A stretch of 64,000 bases of DNA from Eledone cirrhosa (lineage: Eukaryota). A model generated the notes under the pieces. The model was not told the origin of the DNA. It searched no databases and worked only from the letters and a program-made list of their open reading frames with translations. Position 1 is the first letter of the stretch; each line of letters starts with the position of its first letter. Position numbers and translations under genes: made by a program. The stretch covers positions 9,614 to 73,613 of the forward strand of contig CAXHJY010000165.1 of assembly GCA_964016885.1 (NCBI GenBank), given 5' to 3'. This document shows, in pieces, positions 26,168-38,045 of the stretch.

Positions 26168-26452
26168 TGCCTTTCATCCTTACAGGGTCGATAAAATAAA
26201 GTACCAGTAATGTACTTGGTAATTTGCTGGCCTTGTGCCAAAAGTAGAAACAATTATCATTATCACCACAATTGGCAGTATCGGTAGAGGGTCGGATGCC
26301 ATGCTTTGACGCATAGAGTTAGGGCCCTTGCCATTCTGAGTTCAAATCCCGCCGAGGTTAACTTTGCCTTTCATCCTTACGGGGTCGATAAAATAAAGTA
26401 CCAGTAATGCACTGAGTAATTGCTGGCCTTGTGCCAAACGTAGAAACAATTA
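26168..26452 (+). mobile_element. Two tandem SINE-K copies
   Basis: A box 26273-26284, B box 26338-26349, conserved body. Confidence 0.85.
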
Positions 26453-26804
26453 TCACCACACTAGCATGGGTTAGACGAGTTGTCCTGTTGTGGGCAATGT
26501 CAGGTGATTATATATATATATATCATCACTGTTTGATGTCCATTTTCACACTAGCATGGTTTAGACAAGTTGTTCTGTGATGATGATGATATATATATGT
26601 ATGTATCATCATTATCACCATTTTATGTCCATTTTCACGCTAGTATGGGTTAGACAAGTTGTCCTGTTGTGGGAAATGCTAGCCAGGTGATGATATATAC
26701 ATATATATATATATATATGTAGGAGGTGAGTTTTATTGTAGTACAATAAAGCAATGCAGATATCGGATAAGAAGCACTCTACAGTTTGTAGGACTGGAGT
26801 ATAC

Positions 26805-27141
26805 ATAATATATAAGAACAAAAGATGGTTAAAAGAGTTCCATGTATTTTATTATGCGCTTTTCAAAAACAAATATCATCATGCAATAATATTTGTGTTT
26901 TCATCAGATAAAACAGGAAGACATGATATGAAGGTTAAAAAACACTTGTGGATAGTGCAGTTTTGTTGATTTTGTTGATTTAAAACTGCACTATCCACAA
27001 GTGTTTTTTAACCTTCATATCATGTCTTCCTGTTTTATCTGATGAAAACACAAATATTATTGCATGATGATATTTGTTTTTGAAATGCGCATAATAAAAT
27101 ACATGGAACTCTTTTAAACATCTTTTGTTCTTATATATTAT
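26805..27141. mobile_element. Near-perfect fold-back (about 160-bp arms) with opposed hammerheads at 26845-26914(-) and 27032-27101(+)
   Basis: Arms 26805-26964 and 26982-27141. Confidence 0.85.
27032..27101 (+). ncRNA. Minimal type I hammerhead ribozyme motif
   Basis: gttttat-CTGATGA-aaacacaaatattat..atgatatttgttttt-GAAA-tgcgca-TA-ataaaat. Confidence 0.8.
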
Positions 27142-27376
27142 ATATATATATATATATATATCATCATCATCATTTTACATCCATTTTCACACTAGCATGG
27201 GGTAGACGAAGATGTGATGCTTGTTTCATGATTGATCAGCTGAAGGTTCAATTCGTGTCGATCAGGCCTAACTCTGGAATGAAAGCTCATCAGAGTTCGG
27301 ATATTTGTATATATACAGGTATCTACCTGTTTTTGGTAGGTTCAATGACATTGTTAGAACTCCATGTAGTCTAGAA

Positions 27377-27684
27377 CAGTGCTACTCAAAGTGGTGGTCC
27401 GCGGACCGGTGCCGGAATGCGAGCCATCAGCTACTGGTATGTGGCCAGTGTCCAGGCCATGCTAAGGAATCATTTGAGGAATTTTTTTTATTACTTTTTA
27501 ATATGTTTTGATATTGTATTATTTGTTTACAAAATAAATAGAAGATAAAAAGATGGTCAACTATTATTATATTCATTATAAATATCGTTTCCGGAATAAA
27601 TTAATATTACTACGAAATATTAGCGGTACGTGGCACATTGAAAAAAATGGCGGTCCGCCACATCAGATAGTTTGAGAAGCACTG
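27377..27684. mobile_element. hAT (Charlie-like) MITE
   Basis: TIRs cagtgctactcaaa / tttgagaagcactg; 8-bp TSD gtctagaa / gtctagat. Confidence 0.9.
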
Positions 27685-28520
27685 GTCTAGATGAAATAAT
27701 TACAACCAGATCAGATGACAAGAGTTATTGTTTTTGTAGTAGGCTTTCGATTGCAAGGCCAATGCTCTAACCACTAAGCCATGTGCCTCCATATATATAT
27801 ATATATATATATATATGAATAAAGTGGTCCTTCATCAGTGATTTTCCAACCATCATCGGTATTTCATCGCTTTAAAGACAATATACCTCCGGTTGGTGCG
27901 AGCAACGGCTAAAGAAACTCATTGGGACACGTAAATAAAGGGAACAGCAAGAGTGTAAACAAACAAAGATGGTGAAGCAAGAAAAGTGAGGAAGAACGAG
28001 TCAAGTCCCAAATTTCCATGACTATAAGTTCGGTGAAATCGTGAACGAGAGAGAATAAAGACAATCAAACCTGGTTGAAATGTGAGCAAGGAAGGAATTC
28101 CACACAGGTCTAACGGGAGGAAGAAGGGGTCTAGTCCGTGAATTCGGTGAACATAAGTTCTGTGAAATCGTAGACGAGAGAGGGAAAAAAGGTGAACCAG
28201 CATGGCCAAGCGTGCAAAAGAAAAGAATTACGCACAGGTCAAACAGGAAGGAGGAGCAGGAGAGGTAGTAACAGAGAGTGAGTGAGTGAAGGGTGAGGAA
28301 GAGGCTAACAGAGAGAGTGACTGATAGAGAGGGTAAAGATACAGAGAAAGAGGAAGCAGTAAGAACGAAATAGACGGGTCACAGCGGGGGAAAAAATATG
28401 TGTAAATATGAGAATAAACGTGCTGCGTGGTTGCTAATGGGTTACATATGAACATATATATATATATGTGTGTGTGTGTGCATGTGTATAGATGTGTGTG
28501 TGTGCATGTGTATAGATATG

Positions 28521-29285
28521 TATGTATGCATGCATCCATGCATGTGTGTGTGTAAGTATGTGTCTGAAATTCTATCTCTTCACCTTAATTATAAATATAA
28601 TGATCCAATTATTTGCCACTCAATATATAAACTAATTTTTGGAACTATTCTTTCATAGAATTCATATATTAACTTTTACTTTTTCCCATTCATATATTTT
28701 TCTTTGCCTTTTTCCTACATAAAGGTCTGTCCTCATAAAATCAGATGTATTTAATTGCTTTTTATTTTGTTGCTGGATAATTTTAGTGTTGAATCAGGTG
28801 TCTATTTCCTTAGATTATTCTAAATAGCAATCACTATTATTATAATTATTCACAAAGGGGTGAGCAAGTGACAAAGGATTTTGGGTGTTTCTGTAGAAAG
28901 AACTCATCCAAAACTATTGCTTCAACAACTGTTGTACATGTGATATTATTAAAGCTACTATCTCTACCCTCCAGCAGTGAATAATTATAATAATAGTGAT
29001 TGCTATTTAGAATAATCTACAGAAAGAGACACCTGATCCAACACTAAAATTATCCAGCAACAAAATAATAAGCAATTAAATACATTTTATGAGGACAGGC
29101 CTTCAGGTAAGAAAAAGGCAAAAAGTTAATATATGAATTCAATGAAAGAATAGTTCCAAAAGTTAGCTTATATATTGAGTGGCAAATAATTGGATCATTA
29201 TATTTATTAGTAAGGCAAAGAGATAGAATTTCAGACACATACTTACACACATGCACACATACATGCATGGATGCATGCATACATA
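28521..29285. repeat. Older fold-back with about 310-330-bp arms and a 123-bp spacer
   Basis: 28521-28853 is the approximate reverse complement of 28977-29285. Confidence 0.85.
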
Positions 29286-29317
<32 letters not shown>

Positions 29318-29321
<4 letters not shown>

Positions 29322-29352
29322 CTAGTCCGGGAGAAGCCATTTCTATATTATT

Positions 29353-29420
<68 letters not shown>

Positions 29421-29950
29421 TTCAGAAGAGATTGTTTTGGTAAAAAGAGGAGTAAGCAGGAGAAGGCTTTCAACAATTGTAGTTTTTAGTTATGATGGAG
29501 GTTTTATAAAAATAACAAAATAAGATGCTGAGGTTACATATATCGTTTAATCGTTATAATAATTATGATAATTATAATGATTAAACGATATATGTAACCT
29601 CAGCATCTTATTTTGTTATTTGTATATATACACACATACTCTCACACACATACACGAGCAGTGTGGCAACATACTGTTACGTCCGTCTCTGGGTCAAAAG
29701 CATAGCAGACACTTTTTCCTTTTTGTTTTTTCTGCTTGTTTTCTTGCTTGTTTACCACCATTCCATTGGTATACATCTATTATGCAATTTACACCTGATG
29801 AGGTCACCGGGTTCTTATGCAACCTTGCTACTGAAATGTGCGTAGTGTTTACAGTAATAAAAAATTAAGGAAATTCAACATATTTGACCTCCTGTCATTT
29901 CACTTCATAATATTTGACCTCCTGTCATTTCACTTCATAATATTTGACCT
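29318..29950 (+). mobile_element. Hammerhead-bearing element W with an internal 110-bp palindrome (29510-29621)
   Basis: Second copy at 47786-48330; diverged minus-strand relative at about 7515-7600. Confidence 0.7.
29791..29848 (+). ncRNA. Degenerate hammerhead motif (second copy at 48213-48270)
   Basis: acac-CTGATGA-ggt..gggtt..aacct..act-GAAA-tgtgcg-TA-gtgt; G.U pairs at likely decayed CpG sites. Confidence 0.6.
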
Positions 29951-30025
29951 CCTGTCATTTCACTTCATAATATATATATATCATCATCATCATTTTACGT
30001 ATATATGTAGTGTAATCATCCTCAT

Positions 30026-30518
30026 GGAGGCACATGGCTTAGTGGTTAGAGCATTGGCCTTGATCGAAAGGTTGTGAGTTCAAATCTCAGACCGGGTGAC
30101 GTGTTGTTTCCTTGAGCAAGACACTTTATTTCACATTGCTCCAGTTTACTCAGCTGTAGAAATGAGATGATAGGGACTGGGGTCCCGATCATTCCAATGC
30201 AAAATGGTCGTTAAGGTGCCACGGCAAAAAAAGCACCCAGCCCACACTGTAAAGTGGATGTGTAGGCGCCACGGCAAAAAAAGCACCCAGCACTCACTGT
30301 AAAGTGGATGTGTAGGCGCCACGGCAAAAAAAGCACCCAGCACTCACTGTAAAGTGGATGTGTAGGCGCCACGGCAAAAAAGCACCCAGCACTCACTGTA
30401 AATGAGGTTGGTGTTAGGAAGGGCACCCAGCTGTAGAAATCAAGCCAGAATCAGTTCCCGTCCACTTTTCCTTGCAAGCAGGGAAAAGTGGACGTAAAAT
30501 GATGATGACGATGACGAT
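30026..30518 (+). mobile_element. SINE-R with four internal 50-bp units
   Basis: aagcacccagc occurs four times with period about 50. Confidence 0.9.
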
Positions 30519-30537
30519 ACACATATTTATACATATA

Positions 30538-31435
30538 CTAGCAGTAAAGCCCGGCGTTGCTCGGGGTCTCTCAGTAGCTGTGTTAAAGTTACAATGTTAA
30601 GTTTCTTTTTTGGCTTAAAAACTGTAGTGTCTACTGTGCAGACTTGCATGTGGTGTTTTTGATTAATATTCCCTCAACCAACAATATGCCTTATGAAGTT
30701 AAGAAAACATAACGATAGCCCGATTGTTATAACAAAAGAGGATGCTGGGGATAGAAACTGCACTGGTTATTTATTAACAAAGATCGAAAATGTAAACACT
30801 GCAACGCAGAGAAAAACATTAGCGTAACCAAATTATCAGTTATGTCTGTCTGCAGGCCTATATCACCTCTCTGCACGACTGTCTGTCTGCACGCCTATAT
30901 CACCTCTCTGCACGACTGTCTGTCTGCACGCGTATATCACCTCTCTGCACGACTATCTGTCTGCACGCGTATATCACCTCTCTGCACGACTGTCTGTCTG
31001 CACGCCTAACGACGAAATATTTGCTTGTTTTACGTAGTCTTTAAATAGACTTGTTTTCAAGTAAAAATATTGTTTTAAAATGCTTTTAAATGGAAATGAA
31101 GCAAAACGGAAGTTTAGTGTTCGAACTGATGAATTTTGCAGGTCAATATTTTGCTGGCTCGACAACTGTTAAAGCCAGCGTAATTTTTTACGTAAGACGC
31201 TTAATGTAAACAGAACAAAGGGAAATAACTGATCACTTACGCTCAAAAATCGATACATTATATTCGATTTCGTCACATAGGGCGGGTCAATTTGAAATTT
31301 TTTTTTTCCGATGTCTTCGCTAGGGCTCAATGTACAAGTCTAGCAATTTCGGTGCAATTCCGTGAGAGATTCTAAGAGGAGATGTGTGCCAAAAATCGAT
31401 AGACAGACAGACAACCACAGTTTTATATATATAGA
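30538..31435 (-). mobile_element. Non-autonomous Helitron
   Basis: Minus strand A|TCTATATATAT...CCCGAGCAACGCCGGG hairpin...CTAG|T; A-T insertion site, no TSD; (GTCT)n near the 5' end. Confidence 0.85.
30843..31007. repeat. 37-bp minisatellite, about 4.4 copies, inside the Helitron
   Basis: Unit tgtctgtctgcacgcctatatcacctctctgcacgac. Confidence 0.9.
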
Positions 31436-31476
31436 TTTGTTGTCCTTGTGGTAAATAAAGAACATTATTGGTTGTT

Positions 31477-32068
31477 GGATTGGCAGTATCGGTAGAGGGC
31501 CGGAGGCCATGCTTTCCAGCATATAGTTACGTCCCTTTACAATCTGAGTTCAAATCCCGCCGAGGTTGACTTTGCCTTTCATCCTTACGGGGTCGATAAA
31601 ATAAAGTACCAGTAATTGCTGGCCTTGTGCCTAAAGTACAAACAATTATTGGTTGTATCAGTAGAGCGTCGGATCCCATGCTTTGTGGCATAGTCACCGC
31701 CCTTTACTTTCTGGGTTCAAATCTTGCCGAGGTTAGCTTTGCCTTTCATCGTTACAGAGTCGATGAAATAAAGTACCAGTAATGCACTGGAGTTGATTTA
31801 ATCAACTTTCCCCCTGCCACTAAATTGTTGGCCCTTGTGCCTAAAATAGAAACAATTATTATTATTATGCCTTGAAGCATGGTGTCTTATCGGTAGAGCA
31901 TTGGTCACCATGCTTTGTGGCATAGAGTTACGACTCTTTACGTTCTAAGTTCAAATCCCACCAAGGTTAGCTTTGCCTTTCATCCTTACGGGATCGATAA
32001 AATAAAGTACCAGTAATGCACTGGGGGAATTGCTGCCCTTGTGCCTAAAGTAGAAACAATTATTATTA

Positions 32069-32099
<31 letters not shown>

Positions 32100-34735
32100 C
32101 AGGTGGTGGATTGGGACTACATGTAGAAGGTTGAATGCCATGCTTTGCAGCATAGAGTTACGTCCCTTTACGGACTGAGTTCAAATCCTGCCGAGGTTAA
32201 CTTTGCCTTTTCATCCTTACGAGGTCGATAAAATAAAGTACCAGTAATGTACTGAGATAATTGCTGGCCTTGTGCCAAAAGTAGAAACATTTATTAGTAG
32301 TATCATTTAATGAACAACATATTATTTGCATTACAATTAGAATCGGTTTTTACTTCTTTTTCTTGATATTTGAGTGTGGAAGGTGTTGTGGACAATATGA
32401 TAACATTACTTAGAAGAACATTTATAAAAAATACAAGCAAAAATGTCTTAAGAAAATCAAAACAAATCTAAAATAAACAAAATATATATAAATAAAAGTC
32501 TGTTTTGAAAATCTTAAGACACAAAAAAAATACATTTAATGAAAGAAATCAACGTAAACCAATGTTAATAAAGACAAGAAACAGATTTTTTAAAATATTT
32601 TATCTTTCTGATAGAGAATATCAAGTTCAGTTGGTGATGACAGATTTCCTACAAATATTTAGAATTTCTTGGTATAAACAACTGTGACAATGTTTGTCAT
32701 CATCAGCATTGTCAACAACTTCAGTGTTGCCAGTATTACCATCCTCCTCCTCCTCCTCATTATTGACAACATCATTATAATTATCAACATCATCATCATC
32801 ATCATCATCCTCAACAACATCAGTATTGTCAACATCACCCTCCTCATTATTGACTTGACAACATCACTATCCTCCTCCTTATCATCACCATCATCATCAT
32901 CATCATTACCAGTACCATCATCATCATCATCATCATCATCACCATCACCATCATCACCATCATCATCATCATTGTCTACATCATCATCATCATTGTCAAC
33001 ATCGTCATCAACAACATGATCATTGTCAACATGATCATTGTCATCATCATCAACATTAACATCACCGTCATCATCATCATCACCCTGATCACAGTCATCT
33101 TCTTCATCACCATTATCCCCACCACTACCACCACCATCGTCATCAATGTAAGCATCATCATCATGTTGTTTCTGTTAACCATGCAGCCTTACACTTCACT
33201 CTTCAAGAGATATTGCTTCATTTTATTTTGGCTTTATTATATTTATATCATCATCATGTAAAATGATGATGATGATGATTAGTATTATTATTATTATCAT
33301 CATTGTAGCATGGAGTTACGGCCCTTTACGATCTGAGTTCAAATCTTGCCGAGGTTAACTTTGCCTTTCATCCTTACGGGGTCGATAAAATAAAGTACCA
33401 GTCACGAACTGGGGTCGATATAATCGACTTTCCCCTCCCCCAAAAATTGCCGGCCTTGTGCTTATATAACAAACCATTATCATAATTATTATGGGGGATT
33501 GGCAGTATCGGTAGAGGGTTGGACACCATGCTTTGCAGCATAGAGTTACGGTCCTTTACTTTCTGAATTCAAATCCCGCCGAGGTTAACTTTGCCTTTCA
33601 TCCTTACGGGGTGGATAAAATAAAGTACCAGTAATGCACTGGGTAATTGCTGGCCTTGTGCCAAAAGTAGAAACAATTATTATATTGTCTCTACTATAGA
33701 AACAAGAGACTAAACCATTGAATCTGGTTGTTTTCAACTTGATAATTTTATGTATTCATGTTTTTTTTTATGTTCATGTTTTGTAATTATCATTATTATT
33801 ATTGAACGCCATTAATGTGCCGTGGATTGGCAGTATCAGTAGAGCATCAGACACCATGCTTCGTGGCATAGAGTTACAGTCCTTTATGTTCTGAGTTGAA
33901 ATCTCGTCATGGTTAAACTTTGCCTTTCATCCTTACGGGGTCGATAAAATAAAGTACCAGTAATGTACTGGGTAATTGCTGGCTGGCCTTGTGCCGAAAT
34001 CAGAAACAATTATTATTATTGAAGGCGATGGATTGGCAGTATCGGTAGAGCATCAGACAGTATGCTTTACAGCATAGAGTTATGGCCCTTTACGTTCTGA
34101 GTTCAAATCCCAGCAAAGTTAGCTTTGTTTTTCATCCTTACAAGGGTAAAAAAAAATGAAGAACCAGTCACACACGGAGGCTGATTTAATCAACTTTCCC
34201 CTCCCCCGCAAAAAATTGCTGTTCTTGTGCCTATATAAGAAACCATTCTTAATTTACACATTATCACTGCATTACTGAACGCAGCTGTGTAGTTTTTAAT
34301 GTTGTTGCTTCTAGTGTATTGAGAGTACTCCTTATAATATCTGGTCTGTGCTTAATAGCAATATTTTTTTATATGTTGTATATATTTGTTTTTCTTATGT
34401 ATCTGTCTGTCTGGCTGTCTGTTTGTTTGTTTTTTTTTTGTTATGTATCTGTCTGGCTGTTTTTTTTTCTGTTTTATTATTGTTATTATTATTATTATTG
34501 TTGGGTGGTGGATTGGCAGTATCGGTAGAGCGTCAGACACCATGCTTTGCAGCATAGAGTTACGGCCCTTTCTGATCTGAGTTTAAATCCCGCCAAGGTT
34601 AACTTTGCCTTTCATCCTTACGGGGGTCGATAAAATAAAGTAAAAGTACCAGTCACACACTGGGGTCGATTTAATCAACTTTCTCCTCCCTCAAAATTGC
34701 TGGCCTTGTGCCTAAATGAGAAACCATTATTATTA
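31477..34735 (+). mobile_element. Cluster of 9 co-oriented SINE-K copies in two runs, split by an (ATC)n tract at 32690-33300
   Basis: Starts at about 31477, 31655, 31889, 32107, 33308, 33496, 33824, 34030 and 34510. Confidence 0.9.
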
Positions 34736-34839
34736 TTGTTGTTTTGAAATCCTTTTTCTTGTAATAGTTTCAGTTTTCTACAGAGAAACGCCATCCAGTT
34801 CTATGATTAGATAATGTAGTGTTGTGATCATGAAATTGG

Positions 34840-35133
34840 CACCTAGAAAGTTCCCCTCTGAGGCACAAGTCTGGGCAAGATTGTTTGTGGAAGACCAGCA
34901 GTTACCCATGTATACCAGTCTCCCCTCTACATGCCACCGATGTTTTCCAAGGGAAAGGGCAATGGCCGATACAGCTTGGCACCAGTGACGTCGCAACTCA
35001 TTTCTACAGCTCAGTAAATTGGAGCACCATGAAATAAAGTGTCTTGTTCAAGGACTCAACGCATCACCTTGTCCCAGAATCGAACTCACAACCTCCTGAC
35101 TGAAAGCCCAATACTCTAACCATAAGCCATGCA
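34840..35133 (-). mobile_element. tRNA/CORE SINE, third tail type
   Basis: Shares ctcatttctacagct..gaaataaagtgtcttg with SINE-R; different 3' half. Confidence 0.8.
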
Positions 35134-35167
35134 ACTACACTGGTATGTGTAAGCACAAAGATATTAC

Positions 35168-35420
35168 ATGTGGTAAGGGTGTTGGACTTAGAATCATAAT
35201 GTCATGGGTTTGATACCTGGACTGGGTTGTGTGTTGTGTTCTTGAGCAAGACACTTCATTTCCCATTGCTCCAGTATACTCAGCTGAAAATGAGTGCCAA
35301 CAATTGTTGGGTGTTTAAATTTGTGTTGGACAGGTGTTCTGTCCAGGGGCAAGTCTTGTATTGTACTCTGTCACTTCTGGAATAAACATGGGCCTGATGA
35401 GCCTCCAGGCTTGTTTCATA
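35168..35420 (+). mobile_element. Older tRNA/CORE SINE, fourth tail type (related copy at 63450-63685)
   Basis: gtggtaagggtgttggact head, CORE-like region, tail ctgatgagcctccaggcttg. Confidence 0.75.
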
Positions 35421-35453
35421 CTTTACACCTTATGTTTGTATGTGTATGCATAC

Positions 35454-35524
<71 letters not shown>

Positions 35525-35636
35525 AAACAAAGAGGGTGTGGTAAGATACCAGGTGGACCATAACGCACCAGAGTACTCGATACTTGGTGTAGTAGAGTGG
35601 ATAATTTGAAAAGGTTCAGGACTCCTGAATCTTTTC

Positions 35637-35668
<32 letters not shown>

Positions 35669-36511
35669 ATGAGTGTGTAGCTAATAAAATATTGCATATA
35701 ATTTATTAATTTAAATTTAAATGATCTGTTACAGATGGCCATGGGTTTTGCTCTTCAGAAACTCTTTGGCACTATTTGTTCCAATGTAGAAACTATTGGT
35801 CTGAGAGAGAGGCCATATTGAAACCAATCTTTAAAAAAACTACCAAGATTAGAAGGTCAATATTTGGTTAAAGATTAGAAGGTCAAGATTTGGTTAAAGA
35901 TCTACCAAATATAAACAAAATATTTGAGTACATGGAAGCTATGAAAAGATTCAACAACAGAATCTTCTAGATGTTTTACAGCTTCCCTTATTTCCTATTT
36001 TTCTTTACTTTTTCGATTTCTTGTTCATAATCTGACTTCAGTATTTGAAATTTTTTTTTTTTGTTTTTTCTGTTCTTTTCCCTTTTTTAATATTTTTTTT
36101 TCATTATTTGTCTCACTAGCTCTTTTTGATTACTAACTGTAAGGAGTACTTGATACTTTCCCTAGTTTGTCATATGGATATTTAAATTGATTAAATATAT
36201 ATATATTCATTTCTGAGAGTGCAACACTCAAATACAACATTTTTATCTACAGAAAGACCACATCATATTTATCATCTTGTGTTTTATAGTGTAGGCCAAT
36301 CTATTCATATATATATATTTATATGTATGTGTGTGTTTGTGTGTGTATATATATATATGTGTGTGTGTGTTTGTGTATATATATATATATATGTGTGTGT
36401 CTGTGTGTGTTTGTATATATATATGTGTGTCTGTGTGTGTTTGTATATATATATATATGTGTGTGTGTTTGTGTATATATATATTTGTGTGTGTATATAT
36501 ATCTGTTTGTG

Positions 36512-36552
<41 letters not shown>

Positions 36553-36796
36553 TTGTGTATATATATATATATTTGTGTATGTATATATGTGTGTGTGTGT
36601 TTGTGTATATATATATTTGTGTATGTCTATATATGTGCGTGGGTTTGTGTATCAGTTCATCATTTTCATTTCATTTTACGTCCGCTTTTTCCCTGCTTGC
36701 AAGGGTGGGACATACACACATATATATATATATATATGTGTGTTTGTGTATATATATATTTCTGTATGTATATATATATATGTGCGTGTGCATGTT

Positions 36797-36835
<39 letters not shown>

Positions 36836-36858
36836 CTGTGTGTATATATATTTGTGTG

Positions 36859-36891
<33 letters not shown>

Positions 36892-36900
36892 TTCTGTGTA

Positions 36901-36945
<45 letters not shown>

Positions 36946-37244
36946 ATTTGTGTATATATATATTTGTGTGTGTATATATATATATGTGTGTGTGTGCATG
37001 TGTTTGTGTGTATATATATATATTTATGTGTGTGTTCTCATATCATCACTTTGCACTTACATTGATTCATCTTCAGAAAACATTCTGCTAAAAAATATTT
37101 TATTTACATTTCTGAGTCATTTATGTTTTTAATTAATATAATAGCTCTTATCTGTCTCTCACCCATAAATCGTATTTTTGTTTGAATTGTTTAATAAAGA
37201 CATATTTCACATGATGAGGGTATGAATTTGAATCATAGACAGAT

Positions 37245-38045
37245 CAGGTCATTACATAGAAGTCTTAGAAGAGAGGTCAGGTCACTGCAGAGCTGAGGTC
37301 ACAATAGACAGGTCAAGTCAATAGACAGGTAAGGTCACTACATTGCTGTGGTCACAGTCGACAGGTCAGGTCACTAGACAGCTGAGATCACAATAGACAG
37401 GTCAGGTCACTACACTGCTGTGGTCACAGTCGACAGGTCAGGTCACTAGACAGCTGAGATCACAATAGACAGGTCAAGTCAATAGACAGGTCAGGTCACT
37501 ACACTGCTGTGGTCACAGTCGACAGGTCAGGTCACTAGACAGCTGAGATCACAATAGACAGGTCAGGTCACAGTAGCGAGGTTAGGTCACGTCACGTCAC
37601 TACACAGGTGATGTCAGATCAGGTCACTACACAGCTGAGGTCACAGTAGAGGGATCAGGTCACTACACAGCTGAGGCCACAGTAGAGAGATTGGTCAGGC
37701 CAGGTCATTACACAGGTGAGGTCACAGTAGAGAGATCAGGTCAGATCAGGTCACTACCCAGTTGAGGTCACAGTAGAGAGATTGGTCAGGTCAGATCATT
37801 ACACAGGTGAGGTCACAGTAAAGAGATTGGTCAGGTCAGATCACTACACAGCTGAGGTCACAGTAGAGAGATTGGTCAGGTCAGGTCATTACACAGCTGA
37901 GGTCACAGTAGAGAGATCAGGTCAGATCAGGTCACTACACAGCTGAGGTCACAAGTAGAGAGATTGGTCAGGTCAGATCATTACACAGCTGAGGTCACAG
38001 TAGAGAGATCAGGTCAGATCAGGTCACTACACAGCCTAGGTCTAG
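37245..38045. repeat. AGGTCA/CAGCTG-rich minisatellite, about 45-bp units in the distal half
   Basis: Recurring acacagctgaggtcacagtagagagat(tg)gtcaggtcagatca. Confidence 0.9.

Noticed and set aside
35395-35420. CTGATGA core (also 39653 and 63079; CTGACGA near 8148)
   Set aside because: No stem II-GAAA partner; these lie in a SINE tail, unique DNA or the YADD codons
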